Source: Octopus vulgaris (taxonomy: Eukaryota). From it: a stretch of 64,000 nt of DNA. Each line of letters begins with the position of its first letter. Positions within the stretch are counted from its first letter, which is position 1. Where the stretch lies: positions 3,286,001 through 3,350,000 of the forward strand of contig OX597814.1 of the NCBI GenBank assembly GCA_951406725.2. The letters run 5' to 3'. Positions 16,121 through 30,604 of the stretch are shown one piece after another. Made by a program: the position numbers and the translations under genes. Under the pieces are notes generated by a model. That model saw only the letters and a program-made list of their open reading frames with translations. It ran no database searches and had not been told where the DNA came from.

Positions 16121-16330
16121 TCTACGGGAAGCACAAGGCCTCAAATTTTTGGAGAAAGGGATTAAGTCGATTGCATCGACCCCAGTACGTAACTGGTACA
16201 AATTTTATCGACCACGAAAGGATGAAAGGCAAAGTCGACCTCGGCAGAATTCGAACTCAGAATCCAACGGCGCACGAAATTCTGTTAAGCATTTCACCCG
16301 GCGCACTAACGATTCTGCCAGCTTGCCGCC
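16117..16330 (-). mobile_element. SINE family A copy inserted in (AAT)n
   Basis: Full head, B-box GAGTTCGAATTC and Meta-like body; (AAT)n on both sides. Confidence 0.9.
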
Positions 16331-16406
<76 letters not shown>

Positions 16407-16756
16407 TAATAATAATAATAATGATTATGGAAAAAGCAAAATGAGGCTCGGTTGCGAGTGAAAAAGTCATTAAAATATAAAATTGCTTTATAATCGTCCG
16501 GGGTGGCCACGGCTATCTGGTGGAGATTGAATAAATGCGTCAATAAATAAAGAAAGAAACTTAAAACAAAATAGTTGTACAATAAATAAACATAATAACT
16601 AGATAACTATGTAAATATAAATAATATATTGAAATAAATATAAACACAGGAGACTGACTAACGCAGACGACATTAGCTGGGCGAGAAATGAATGTCTGGC
16701 GCAAAACATGGCGGAACACCAAGACAATGTCGACATATTGATGTGTGCGTGCGTGC

Positions 16757-16850
<94 letters not shown>

Positions 16851-17148
16851 TAGTCACCAATTCTGCAAATAACAGCTTCGTTGAACAATAACAGCAGCAG
16901 CACTGTTGTTGATAGTCATTGATCATGGTGGTGATAGCAATGATGATGATGATGATGATGTTGGTCTTGTTGTTGTTGTTGTTGTGAACATTTTATCTTT
17001 CACGTCCAATGAGCTAAGTGTTGCTACTGTTGTTGATGTGGAACCTCAGGTGAACTCCGACCAAATAGACATATTCGAAGACATTCCAGCTATAGCCATC
17101 ACGTCTTTTTCTCTGACAGGTAACAACCAGGACTGCATTATCGAATAT

Positions 17149-17293
17149 GCCGAGGTCGACTTTGCCTTTCATCCTTTCGAAGTCGATAAATAAAGTACCA
17201 GTTACGCACTGGGGTCGATGCAATCGACTTCATCCCTTTGTCTGTCCTTGTTTGTTTCCTCTATGTTTAGCCCCTTGTGGGAAATAAAGAAAT
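17149..17293 (+). mobile_element. 5'-truncated SINE family A copy
   Basis: GCCGAGGTCGACTTTGCCTTTCATCCTTTCG...GTTTAGCCCCTTGTGGGAAATAAAGAAATA. Confidence 0.9.
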
Positions 17294-18047
17294 ATATCCA
17301 ATATGCCCATCTCTTATTTAAAACCGTAGAGTTTGATTTGAGTTAGAATTGGTGACTATTTCTCGCAGGTACACCGACCACTTTGTGACCCTTTTCGTGA
17401 ACGACGATATTTCAATGCCTGTTGTTGTTGTTTTAGATTATTCTTCCGTCAAGAAAATCTTTACATAATGATATTTGAAGAACAAACTAACGCTATAGCA
17501 AGTCTAAATTAATTAGTATGTCCTTATTCTAATCAATCAATTTGACCTCGTAATATTCGATCAGCATGCAATTGGTATTTTAATTAGCGATGTTCGAAGC
17601 TAAACTCAATCGCGACGCAATTTAACCACCGAATGTTCAAGAACAGAACCATAATCTGTGAAATTCTTACTATTTGCTCCCAGATTGACATGCATGGACA
17701 AATTCCTAGTAAAAGCGAATTAGGGAGACCACGTGGCCGCCAAGGGAAGGAGAAGGAAACAGCGAGGTTTGGACAAACTCCTGAAGGAAATTATGAATTT
17801 GGTTGATAAGAGGTATGAGGGAAGTTGGACGGAGGATGTTGCGTTTCCTGCTGCGCAAGAACCGCTTCACAAAAGATAGAGATTTTCGCTGACTTTTTAC
17901 TAACTTTGTCTCTCAAGCAATCATTAAAGGTTTCATTTTTTGCACTTGTTGTCGAAGATATAGACAATGATGAGTTAAATCATCCCATTGTATTACTGGT
18001 ATGTTCTTTATATCGACGATACAGTAGAAATTTAAACACACACACCA

Positions 18048-18338
18048 TCCGAACGTGGCTGAGGCCAGCGCCGCCTTGACTGACTTCTGTGCCGGTGGCA
18101 CATAAAAAGCACCAACCGATCGTGGCCACTGCCAACCTCGTCTGGCACCTGTGCCGGTGGCACATAAAAATCACCCACTACACTCACGGAGTGGTTGGCG
18201 TTAGGAAGGGCATCCAGCTGTAGAAACACTACCAGATCAGATTGGTGCCTGGTGCAGCCTCCTGGCTTTCCAGACCCCGGTCGAACCGTCCAACCCATGC
18301 TAGCATGGAAAATGGACGTTAAACGATGATGATGATGA
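18048..18338 (+). mobile_element. 3' end of an RTE-like retroposon with a (GAT)n tail
   Basis: GGTTGGCGTTAGGAAGGGCATCCAGCTGTAGAAAC segment; terminus CCAACCCATGCTAGCATGGAAAATGGACGTTAAAC(GAT)n; two internal TGTGCCGGTGGCACATAAAAA subrepeats; possible TSD ACACCAT. Clade assignment from recollection. Confidence 0.65.
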
Positions 18339-19201
18339 GGAGGAGGAGGAGGAGGAAGAGGAGGACACCATGCAAAGAAGTAGCTAAATGATGGTAAGTT
18401 GGCATAACAGGTAGAACATCAGAAAATATGTTTTCAATATTCCTGTTCTGAGTTCAAATGACATCAAGGTTAAATTTGTTTTTCATGATCTCTAGGTTCT
18501 ATTATATACAATACCAGTCATGTATTCCGGTCCATTATACGCCAATCCTTGCTTCAATGGAAGACTAAGGCTAGCTAAGGTAGAGCCCAGTGTTATAATA
18601 TTGTGTAAATGTTGCAGTATTGTAATAGTTAATGCAACACCGTTTACCTCGTTGCATCTTTGTGTATCTGTGTCTCCATCAGTATATGTGTGTGTATGGA
18701 TGTATACATGTACGTACGCTTCCGCTAATTTATCTCTCTGTCGATCTGTTAGTCTCTCCGGCGGCATCTCTGGTTGTCCATCTCTTAATGTCCGCCAGTC
18801 TGTCTGTCTCTCTTGTCTGTCTCCGCCCGTCTAATGTATATGTCTGCATACCTGTCTTTGTCACTCTCTCTATAGAATCGTTGGAATCTCTATCTATCTA
18901 TCATTCTATCTCTCCGCTCGTCTACCTGTTTTAATATGTCACTGAATGTCTCTCTCTATATAATTGCTTCTCCCTCTCTCCCTCCTTCCTGTCTTTCTCT
19001 CCCTCTCTCTCTATCTATCTATCTATCTAGCTAGCTAGCTATCTATCTCCCTCTCTCATTCCTCTTTATATAAATCACAAATAGAGACATGGCGCAAAGA
19101 AACCTTGAAGTGGTTGCGTGAGAAAGGCAGAGTAAGAAAAGTAAAATTAGAGGGAGCGAAATAGAGACACAGCGGCAGAAATAGAGACACAGCGGCAGAG
19201 T

Positions 19202-19236
<35 letters not shown>

Positions 19237-20020
19237 TAGTAGTAGCAGCAGCAGCACTAGCAAAATAAGAGACAATCATCGTAGACTAAAAAGGAAACGA
19301 AGAGATTGGGAATGTATGTCTAAGAGTGTATGTTTGAGTTTGTATTTGTGCGTGTGTGTGTGTGTGTGTGTATGTGTGTGTTTATGTGAGTGTGAGTGTG
19401 TGTGTGTGTGTGTGTATGTGTGTGTTTGTGTGTGTGTGTGTGTGTTTGTATGTGTGTTTGTGTGTGTGTAAGTGTGAGTGTGTGTGTGTGTGTGTTAGAG
19501 AGCGATGATGTAAACAGTAGCATTATAAACGGCCAACACGATAAAAGATGTAGATAAGTCAAAGTAAGGAGGCTGCTCTGTTTACAGTATTCAGATATTG
19601 TAGCACGATAAACTCCAGTTTTCGTCAACAGAGCGAGAAATCTATCGACTGATACGTCTTAAGGAGGTCTTAATTTAGACCAACACATCTTAACATAGTG
19701 TTTTATAGGTTAGAAGGGAGGCGGAGATACGGGGGAGGATAGTGGGTACCACTCCTATGGGGTACACTCCTATGGCGTACACTCCTCTTTGTCGGTCTTA
19801 CTTCATACAAACGTTCATCTGCTTCCTCACGACTCCAACCTCAGGAATGCAATGCAACAGTGTCTAAATGGTTGTGTGTGTGTCTGTGTCTCCCTCTGTG
19901 TCTGTATGCGTGTGTCAGTCTGTATGCGTGTGTGTACCTGTGTCTATGTGTGTGTATGTGTGTGTATCCGTGTTTGTGTTTGTGTGTCTGTGTGTTTTGC
20001 TGCGTGTGTGTGTGTGTGTT

Positions 20021-20402
20021 CAGGCATGGCTGTGTGGTTAAGAAGTCCGCTTTGTAACCACGTGGTTTCGGGTTCAGTCTCACAGCGCAGCACTTTGAAC
20101 AAGTGTGTTCTACTATAGCCCCAGGATGACTAATGCATTGTGGGTGAATTGGAAGACGGAAACTGCGAGGAAGCTCTTTGTGTGTGTGTGTGTGTATATA
20201 TACCTGGCGTGTACGTAAATGTGAAAGTGTTGTCTTAATTATTTTCCCTCTTACTGCTTGAAAATTTGTATTGGTTTTGTTTGTGTCTCGTATCTTAGCA
20301 CTTCGGCAAAAAAGACTTGACAGAAAAATATGTACGGAACTGGATTTGTTCGACTCTGTGCCCCAGCATGGCCGCATTCCAATTACTATAACTAGTAAAA
20401 GA
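20021..20402 (+). mobile_element. SINE family B, diverged copy
   Basis: A/B boxes, CORE-like segment, CCAGCATGGCCGCA tail. Confidence 0.8.
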
Positions 20403-20993
20403 ATTTGTTTTCATATTGGCTGACGAATTTTGATGCAGCCATCTCTGTTTTTTTTTCTTGTTTTTACATATATTTGTGTGTGAGAGAGATAGAGAGACAC
20501 AGAGACACAGAGAGACACAGAGATATGGCCGGAAGCCATCGATGACATACAAGATACGCATAATCGATCACACTGCGAGAATAACACGGGCATGGATGAC
20601 CAACAGTAAACAAGTAAACACAGGTCCACTTGTTTCAACTTCTTAGGGTTCGTCAGTGATGGCTTATATCACCGTGTAACTACAAAAGCGAACTGAAATA
20701 TCTGAATGAATTATGCAAAGATAGCATTACTTTCGTACATATTGTTTAATGATATTTTGTGTTGCGTGTGGCCGTGAAGGTGTGTGTGTGTGTATACGCA
20801 TATGTATACCCGAATATATGTAAGTATATGCACATAGACAAACAGACACACAAACGTACACATGTTGAGACATAAAAACAAGATATGCATACACACACAT
20901 TCGCACACACACACGCACACACACACACACACACATGTATACGAATATATTCCTTTATATATGTGAATTTCGTGATATATAGTTATGTGCGTG

Positions 20994-21028
<35 letters not shown>

Positions 21029-21050
21029 TTATATATATACATACACACAC

Positions 21051-21101
<51 letters not shown>

Positions 21102-21195
21102 CATACACATATACATATTCACACACGCCTATATACATATGTGTTTATATGTTTCTGTATGAGCACGTGCGTGTGTTTACACACACACACACGTG

Positions 21196-21250
<55 letters not shown>

Positions 21251-21678
21251 CATTATATCAAACAGACAAAATTCGCAACAACGCAAGCAACAATAACTGT
21301 TGACAGCAATAATAACAACAATAAAAAGGAGAGAATCGAAAAGAACTAGGAACAAAAAAAAAAAAAGAAAGAAAAGAAAGAAGAAAAGAATGCAAAACGT
21401 GATTGCAATATTTTTCAGAAGAAAATATATATTGAATTAAAAAGATAAGACAATCCTATGAAACGGAATTAATCCAACACAGCGTCTTCGGAGGATTATT
21501 ATTATTTTAGCATCATCACCATCATCATCATCATCATCAACAACAACATGATTATTATTAGTATCATTATCGTTATAATCATCACCATCATCATCATCAT
21601 CATCACCATTATCATTATCATTATTATCATCATCATTATCATCATCATTAGTATTAGTACTAGTATTATTATTTATTA

Positions 21679-21732
<54 letters not shown>

Positions 21733-21803
21733 TTATTATCTGTGTTGCAGTTGTTGTTGTTGTTGTTGCTGTTGTTTTAATTCTTTCGTTTGTTTTTGTT
21801 TTG

Positions 21804-21834
<31 letters not shown>

Positions 21835-22184
21835 GTGTTTCTTGTTTTTATTCTGACAATTTTATTTTATTTTATTATTTTTTTTTGTTCTTGTTATTCT
21901 TGCTACAGATTTTTTTTTTTTCGCTTATTTTTTTTAAATTGGTTTTTGCCTTTCTTTGTGATATTTGAGGATTTTCTTAATGGCATTACAATGATATCTA
22001 TCATTATCATCATCATCATCATCATTTTCTCTCCCTAGACACACATTCACATGCCTGTATATACATATATATATATACACACACACACATATACTTATAT
22101 GTACATACATATATAAACGTATTTTATATATGTATATATATATATATATTACTTAAACATATACATACATAAACACACACACAT

Positions 22185-22237
<53 letters not shown>

Positions 22238-22600
22238 CAAACATACGCACATGCATACAAACACGCGCTCTCATACGTATATGCATACACATATACATAT
22301 ATACACACTATTTGTGGATGTATATATTGTTTTGTAGTTATTTTGATATCTTTAGCTTTAGTGAAAGAAGTTGATGACTGATATTTTGATAATGTTGTTA
22401 ATTAGTGGATGTGTATCAATGTATATATACACAAGAATGTATGTATACATATACATAAACATTATGCATGTATATATATGCATATATATATGCACACTTG
22501 CATATATGTGAGTGTATATACATATAAACATAGATATATAAATGTTTATACATGCACATACAAATGTATATATAGACATACATATATATATATATATATG

Positions 22601-22637
<37 letters not shown>

Positions 22638-22667
22638 GTATATATACATATGTATATATATATATGA

Positions 22668-22724
<57 letters not shown>

Positions 22725-23402
22725 TAAATATGCTTGTGTGTGCATACAAACACATAAGCGTGTGTGTGCGTATACAAATGTATCTCTTCATGTAGAAATA
22801 TATGCACAGATGTAATTTCGTTTAAATGTATGTGTATATACACGTGTGTGTGTGTGTGTGTACGCGTGTGTTTGTGTGTATACGTATATGCACAGACCAA
22901 GCGTATTGTTCTATTTAATTGCACAAAAGTCTTGACTTGTTTGACCAAGATTTCAGCACAAGTTTAAAGTACTTTTTTCACACGCCCACACACACACACA
23001 CACACGTATGCATACATGTCAACATACACACTCACACACACAACATAGGTGCGTGTATCAATTATACTTAGAACTTTAAGTATATGCGTGCACACACACA
23101 CACACATTCACACACATATATATATATATATATATATACACACAAACACACATGTATATAGATAGAAACGTGTATATCTGTGTCTGTATGTATCTATAAA
23201 GACGTCGATGTAGCTTTGGCAATTAAAGCAATCAATGTACTCAATACTATTAAATACTGTGGAATGATATTTGTTCATTTGTGAATCACTAAGATTTTTC
23301 CGTGGAACGGAAATGGCCGAACAGCTACTCGTTCCGATTTACTTTCCATAAATATACAAATATATATATTTAAATGCCTATATATTTAACGAGTAATACC
23401 TA

Positions 23403-23571
23403 AGCGCAGGAGTAGATGTGTGGTAAGTAGCTTATTTACCAACCACATGGTTCCGGGTTCAGTCCCACTGCGTGACACCTTGGGCAAATGTCTTCTACTA
23501 TAGCCTCAGGCCGACCAAAGCCGTGTGAGTGGATTAGGTAGACGGAAACTGAAAGAAGCCAGTCGTATGCG

Positions 23572-23627
<56 letters not shown>

Positions 23628-23825
23628 TATGTGTTTGTCTCTCCACCAACCGATGTTGCTGTCTTTATGAGCCCCGTAACTTAGCGGTTCGGCAAAACAG
23701 ACCTGTAGAATAAGTACTAGGCTTACAAAGAGTAAGTCCTGCGGGGTTGATTTATTCGACTAAAGGTAGTGCCCCAGCATGGTCACAATCAAATGAGCGA
23801 AACAAGCAAAAGAGTAAAAGAGTAA
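23403..23825 (+). mobile_element. SINE family B, full length
   Basis: GCGCAGGAGTAGATGTGTGGTAAG...GGTTCAGTCCC...CCTTGGGCAAATGTC...(TG)n...tail with AAAAGAGT repeats. Confidence 0.9.
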
Positions 23826-23830
23826 ATATA

Positions 23831-23869
<39 letters not shown>

Positions 23870-23994
23870 CGTGTATGACAGACAATTATAGACAGACTGA
23901 CAGACTGATAAGTAAGCCATTAGACATATAGACACGTGAGTGATGATTTCTGTATTTGTGTGTGTACTTTTGTATGTATTATCTGTCTATATAT

Positions 23995-24062
<68 letters not shown>

Positions 24063-24417
24063 ATTATTCATACACACATAGTAAAACGGCTTCTTTCGCT
24101 TCCCTTCTGAAGTCGTCAGTCAGTGCCTTCATTCGCGACGAAAGTACATCAAAAGGAAACGAGACAGACAATCTGAAAGACTACAGAAAGTTTCAATATA
24201 TTGCCATACACGAAATCAATTAATTGGTGTGCTGTACCGCGTGTCTCTTGATTAATATCGTTCGTTTATCATCCTACATTACAATGTCTCCTGAGAAACG
24301 GCACATATCTCTCGAAAAATATAAACTGCTCTGCAAATTATTGACTCACACACATATTCAGGCGTTTGTTTGGATGTGTGTTTATGTATGCAAATATGTG
24401 TGTGTGTGTGTGTGTGC

Positions 24418-24502
<85 letters not shown>

Positions 24503-24505
24503 TAT

Positions 24506-24540
<35 letters not shown>

Positions 24541-24689
24541 TATACATATACATATATACATATACATACATATATATATATATCCATTATATATGCATAT
24601 GCATATATACACATACATATTTATATACATATATATATATATATGCACACACTCATATATACGTACATACATATATATACATATATATA

Positions 24690-24737
<48 letters not shown>

Positions 24738-24811
24738 CATATATATATACTTATACACACACATATATATACACACACATATATATATATATATACATGC
24801 ATATATATAAG

Positions 24812-24972
24812 CTCCGGGCTTCTTTTAGTTTCCTTTGTCTAAATGCACTGACAAGTCTTTATTCGGCCCGCGGCTATAGTAGAACACTTTTGCCCAAGGT
24901 GCCATGCAGTTGGATTGAACCCAGAACTATGTTGTAGAGAAGAAAGCTTTTTACCACACAACCTGTCAGCGC
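24812..24972 (-). mobile_element. SINE family B, 5' half
   Basis: Reverse complement of the head and CORE-like domain. Confidence 0.75.
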
Positions 24973-25077
24973 ACATACACACACACACGCGCGCTTTCTT
25001 CTCCAATTATCACTTATCAGTTACGACTATAAGTCATATTTTAATGTTATCATCATAAAAGCTTCCTCCACACTCTC

Positions 25078-25234
<157 letters not shown>

Positions 25235-25297
25235 TGGAGAGAGAAAGAGAGGATTATGTGTACAAAAGTACAAAACAAAGCTAGTGGGTATATGTGT

Positions 25298-25354
<57 letters not shown>

Positions 25355-25474
25355 TCTAATATGCAGACTACTTATAGATACATATCTTATATATAAAATA
25401 CTTAAGTATAAATACGTCATTAAAATGTTACAAACGGTAGAAATAATAATAATAATAAAAATAATAATAATAAC

Positions 25475-25524
<50 letters not shown>

Positions 25525-25526
<2 letters not shown>

Positions 25527-26071
25527 CAGTACCAGGCAGTGGCTCTCATGGCTTCTGATCTTAACTGATTGGAAGTGTTATCATGTACATTGTTTTGTCT
25601 TGGTATAAAAGATGGGCTACAGCAAATATTCTGCTCAATACCACAGATTTGCTTGTCAGTTGTTTGACCTTAACCAGTTGAGCATGTCCCTTAGTGGCTG
25701 ACGATATGTGCATCTCTGATCACGAGCAGAAGTAGTGGGGGAGCATCATAGCCAAGTATTAAGAGGGATTCTTTGGGGTTTGGATAATTCACCTCTGGAA
25801 ACATGGATGTTTCGATCAACATCCTTAAACAATTCTTATTCAGAGACCTTTTGAGCGTGATGGGTTACTCGACCAGAAGAAAATTCTAACTGGGCTCCAC
25901 CTGCAAGGTCATGCGCTGTTTATCTTGATATGAGATCACCATGTCGCGCACATATGGTTGTGATGCATGTGCCTTGTGTATCGTTATCAGACGGGTCGTC
26001 ATGATGGGTATATTGGGCTTCGTATATTTTACCCCAGTGTCACTTTGATGGCATGCACTGCTCTCTCACTC
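25525..26071 (+). mobile_element. About 550-bp retroposon fragment inserted into (AAT)n (possibly Dong/R4-related 3' UTR or non-autonomous element)
   Basis: Complex non-coding block with sharp borders against (AAT)n on both sides; single copy in the window; clade inferred only from the target. Confidence 0.5.
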
Positions 26072-26691
26072 AATAATAATAATAATAATGACGATGGTTC
26101 TTTCTAATTTAAATCGGTAATTTTGAGGAGAGTGGATAAGTCGGTAACATAAGCTCCAGTACTGAACTGACAATCTATTTTATCAAACTTTAACGATGAG
26201 AGGCGAAGATAACTTCGATGAGGTTTCAAATTAAAAGACAAAGACTTGGAAGAACCCTAAGGGATTTTTTTCCCCACTACCGAACCCCTAAGGTCAATTG
26301 CGCTCTGTTATCGTTCTATTGTGGCTGAAAATAAGGTAAGATTTTAGTAACTGGTCTCTAAAACTTCCCCAAAGTCAGATGACGTATTCGCTGGTGACCC
26401 TTGTGTGAGCAAGTTTTAGGTATAACACCTAAAGGCCCCTTAAAACATTTGTAATTTTTGTAACAAGCATGTAATTGCACAGGGATTAGTCTACGTCTGT
26501 CTACTCATACACACACTCACACATACACACCTACACATGTCTTTTATAACGATACATCTCAAAACGAGTTCAGATATAAAATAAAATGTCTGCGTATATT
26601 ACTCTGTGGACAGACAGACAGATAACTAGATATGCAAATGGATGAAGAAATAACGTAGGTGATGGATAGACACACAGACAGACAGACAGAT

Positions 26692-26722
<31 letters not shown>

Positions 26723-26755
26723 TAGATAGATAGAGAGATAGATAGATAGAGAGAG

Positions 26756-26830
<75 letters not shown>

Positions 26831-26840
26831 CAGACAGACG

Positions 26841-26890
<50 letters not shown>

Positions 26891-27460
26891 TAGAAATGCC
26901 TCCTGGCAAAACTTACTTATGGTTAAAATATCGATTATTGTGAGTTAATCTTGCAATATGTATTTTCGGATAGAGTGAAATATCGATCGATTCCATTCTT
27001 ATATATAGGACTAATTAATTTGTTATTAACAATAGTGTTTAATTAGTAGTCTATAATTAGACTATGTAAAGTTTTCTAACAAAACAATAATTGAAGCCAG
27101 TGCGTCGTTGTTTTTTTTTTACTCCGGCACAAATCTGGTGAAGCTCATTGTGGTTGCTGTTGTTGTTCTTATTGTGTCTGAGGTGGACTCTGGCTCACGA
27201 GAACTCTAATTAACGGTATTGCAAAAGTGAACATTATTTCATATCATTTTACGTAATATCCTTCCTGTCTATTAGAGGAGACTGTGGTTTGAGGTATATT
27301 TGGTTGCTATTTCTAACAGAGCGAACGACCAGGTGCAGATTTCTTCGTCGGCCTAACGTGTTAACCGCTGGCTTCTGGTAGTGCAAACACACAAACCTGT
27401 GAACATGTTATTATTTCGCTGCAGCATAGACATCCGATTAACCTGTTGCTAGAACACAAT

Positions 27461-28020
27461 ATATATTTCTTTACTACCCACAAAGGGGGACAGACACACG
27501 GATTAAGTGGATTATATCGACTCCAGTGCGTAACTGGTACTCTCTTTATCGACCCCGAAAGGATGAAAGGCATAGTCGACCTCGGCGGAATTTGAACTCA
27601 GAACATAACGGCAGACGAAATACCTATTTCTTTACTACCCACAAGGGGCTAAACACAGAGAAGACAATCAAAGGAATTAAGTCGATTAAGTCGACCCCAG
27701 TACTTAACTGATACTTAATTTATCGACCCCGAAAGGATGAAAGGCAAAGTCGACCTCGGCGGAATTTGATCTCAGAACGTAACGGCAGACGAAATACCTA
27801 TTTCTTTACTACCCACAAGGGGCTAAACACAGAGAAGACAATCAAAGGAATTAAGTCGATTAAGTCGACCCCAGTACTTAACTGATACTTAATTTATCGA
27901 CCCCGAAAGGATGAAAGGCAAAGTCGACCTCGGCGGAATTTGAACTCAGAACGTAACGGCAGACGAAATACGGCTACGCATTTCGCCCGGCGTGCTAACA
28001 ATTCTGCCAGATCACCACCT
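27461..28020 (-). mobile_element. SINE family A trimer (one head, three bodies; 174-bp unit)
   Basis: Junction GACGAAATACC|TATTTCTTTAC at 27624/27625 and 27798/27799; head only at the right end. Confidence 0.92.
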
Positions 28021-28055
28021 CAATGTACTCGGGTTTAACACTAAAGCGTTATGTG

Positions 28056-28094
<39 letters not shown>

Positions 28095-28103
28095 ACCATT
28101 AAT

Positions 28104-28493
28104 GGAAGCACTCCGTCGGTTACGACGATGAGGGTTCCGGTTGATCCGAATCAACGGAACAGCCTGCTCGTGAAATTAACGTGTAAGTGGCTGAGCACTC
28201 CACAGACACGTGTACCCTTAACGTAGTTCTCAGGGAAATTCAGCATGACAAAGAGAGTGACAAGGCTGGTCCTTTGAAATACAGGTACAACAGAAACAGG
28301 AAGTAAGAGTGGAGTGAGAGAAAGTTGAGGCGAAAGAGTACAACAGGGGTCGCCACCACCCCCTGCCGGAGCCTCGTGGAGCTTTTAGGTGTTTTCGCTC
28401 AATAAACACACACAACGCCCGGTCTGGGAATCGAAACCGCGATCCTCCGACCGCGAGTCCGCTGCCCTAACCACTGGGCCATTGCGCCTCCAC
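28104..28493 (-). mobile_element. tRNA-derived SINE family C, full length with TSD
   Basis: Head GGAGGCGCAATGGCCCAGTGGTTAGG (A-box), B-box GTTTCGATTCC; TSD GTACCATT(A/G)AT at 28093-28103 and 28494-28504. Confidence 0.9.
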
Positions 28494-28823
28494 GTACCAT
28501 TGATACACACGGGATGCTAAATAAGTATTATTAATAATTTCATGTCATGAAAAAAAGTGAAAAAAGAATCGGTGGATTTATGTAATGTGCCTTGTGTTTC
28601 CAAGTAATCTTTCAAGCTCAATGCACACGGATAGTCCTATTTGAAAGCCAGGGCGCTGATACATGAGAAAACACGAGAATAAAAACGAGAAAATCGTTGC
28701 AAAAAGTTCCACTTCTTGCATCAAACTTCTCGTCTTTCAGTGATATACTGCTGCGTGTTAAATGATATTCATCTCTCACTATGAGTACGTTTTTGTTAAT
28801 CGTACCAATAACGGAACATATAC

Positions 28824-28860
<37 letters not shown>

Positions 28861-28879
28861 CGTTTACTATATATATATA

Positions 28880-29281
28880 TTCTTTTACTTGTTTTAGCCA
28901 TTTGACTGCGGCCAGGTTGGAGCACTGCCTTTAGTCGAACAAATCGACCCCCAGGACTTATTCTTTGTAAGCCCAGTACTTGTTCGATCGGTCTCTTTTG
29001 TCGGAATGCTAAGTTACGGGGGCGTAAACACACCAGCATCGGTTGTCAAGCGATGGTAGTAGGGGAAACACAGACACACAAATACTTACATACACAAACA
29101 CATATCTATATATGCATATAAACGACGGGCTTCTTTCAGTTTCCGTCTACCAAGAAGTGTTTTCTACTATAGCCCAAAGCTATAGTAGAAGACACTTGGC
29201 CAAGGTGCCACGCAGTGGGACTGAACCCGTAACCATGTATTTGGGAAGCAAGCTTCTTATCATACAGTCACTCCTGCGCCT
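28880..29281 (-). mobile_element. SINE family B, full length
   Basis: Reverse complement of the family B consensus. Confidence 0.9.
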
Positions 29282-29315
29282 ATACTGTTTTTTTATTACA
29301 AGGTATTAATTATTA

Positions 29316-29512
29316 AGGTGGCGAGCTGGTCGAATCTTTAAATGTCTTGAGGTATTGTCCCGCCACTTCATTATTGATCTTCAATTCCTGAAGGAATTAG
29401 GCCTTATTATCCCTTCGCAGCCCCTAAACATATCGTTGGAGCGCTGAGGGAGATGCAATCGACTATGCACCTCCCCTCAAAATTGATGGCCTTGCTCCTA
29501 AATCAGAACCCA
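29316..29512 (+). mobile_element. SINE family A, old degenerate copy
   Basis: AGGTGGCGAGCTGG head and CCCTCAAAATTGATGGCCTTG tail. Confidence 0.6.
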
Positions 29513-29551
29513 TTGTAGATTGATTTAAAAATAGATGTTTCGGTACATATA

Positions 29552-29746
29552 TATTTCTTTATTGCCCACAGGGGGCTAAACAAAGAGGGAACAAACAAAG
29601 GGTTTAAATCGATTACACAGACCCCAGTGCGTAACTGGTACTTTACTTAAGGACCCCGAAAAGATGAAAGGCAAAGTCGACCTCGGCGGGGTTTGAACTC
29701 AGAACGTAACGGCCGACGAAATACCGCTAAGTATTTCGCCCGGCGT
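29552..29746 (-). mobile_element. SINE family A, slightly 5'-truncated, with TSD
   Basis: Meta-like body; flanking TGTTT(C/T)GGT(A/G)CATATA direct repeats. Confidence 0.88.
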
Positions 29747-30604
29747 GTTTTGGTGCATATAGCCATATATATACATCAGACAGAAGAGATCAAATCATTT
29801 GAAAAGTCTGTATTGTGCGAAACATACGGCCTTCTTTCATGAATCGCATCCATAACGATGTACTCCATTATACTTTTTTAAAATTAACGATTATTTAATT
29901 ATTTATATAAGCACGAAAACGCAACGGTTTTGTTTGCTTTTTTTTTTCTATAAATAAAATTGCCTTAAGTGAGAATATTTTCTCTGAGACAAACTAAGTT
30001 GAAAGGCCTTCATAGCTTTTAAGTGTTTCTCAAGCATATATGGGCTAGTCTTAAGTTTGCGCCCTTCTTGACACTGTTTCGTACACTTACTCATGAAGTT
30101 GTTCCGGCCTGGCGACCAAAGAGCTCAATATTGACTAATTTCTGATAAAGTTCGCTGAGTTGCCTTGCTTTACATGCTGAAGAGAACTATCGAGTTTGAA
30201 ATGTATTCATTACTCCAAAAGAAGGTACTCTGAGTTGACTATGTTGTTTAAACGCCTTTTTGTCTTTAGCGAATTTTTTTTCTTTTCCATGACAACATGC
30301 AGTGAAAAGCCTTTACACGTTCAAATTCCTCTCAAATATGTTTGAACCGGTCTTATGGTTAAAATGTTAGACAATTAAACATCTACAATATCTTATATTC
30401 CCAAATGCCATACCGTTGAATCAGCCTTTAAAAGATACTCCAACAGCTATGTATAGCAGCTAAACCTCCCTCAAATTACATAATATCGCATTAAAAATCT
30501 CACCATCTGAAATATTACATAGTGTTGTTCTTAGAGAAAACATGTTCTCGGTTTGCTGCGACGAATCAAAGAAAAAACCGACCTTGGTGGAATAATAATA
30601 ATGG

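Noticed and set aside
19742-19786. Three copies of GTACACTCCT(ATGG)
   Set aside because: Short local tandem duplication with no further structure.
20622-20660. Minus-strand CTGACGA...GAAAC motif
   Set aside because: Stems II and III and the cleavage triplet are not formed; a probable decayed Penelope LTR that cannot be supported.
24085-24122. Minus-strand CTGACGA-CTTC..GAAG-CGAAAG
   Set aside because: No convincing stem I or III.
27461-28020. Tandem arrays as CRISPR or as retrozymes
   Set aside because: No unique spacers or cas genes, eukaryotic context, and no CUGANGA/GAAA core in the unit; they are SINE multimers.
28420-28491. SINE heads as tRNA genes
   Set aside because: They have A/B boxes but no full cloverleaf, and they continue into SINE bodies with TSDs.
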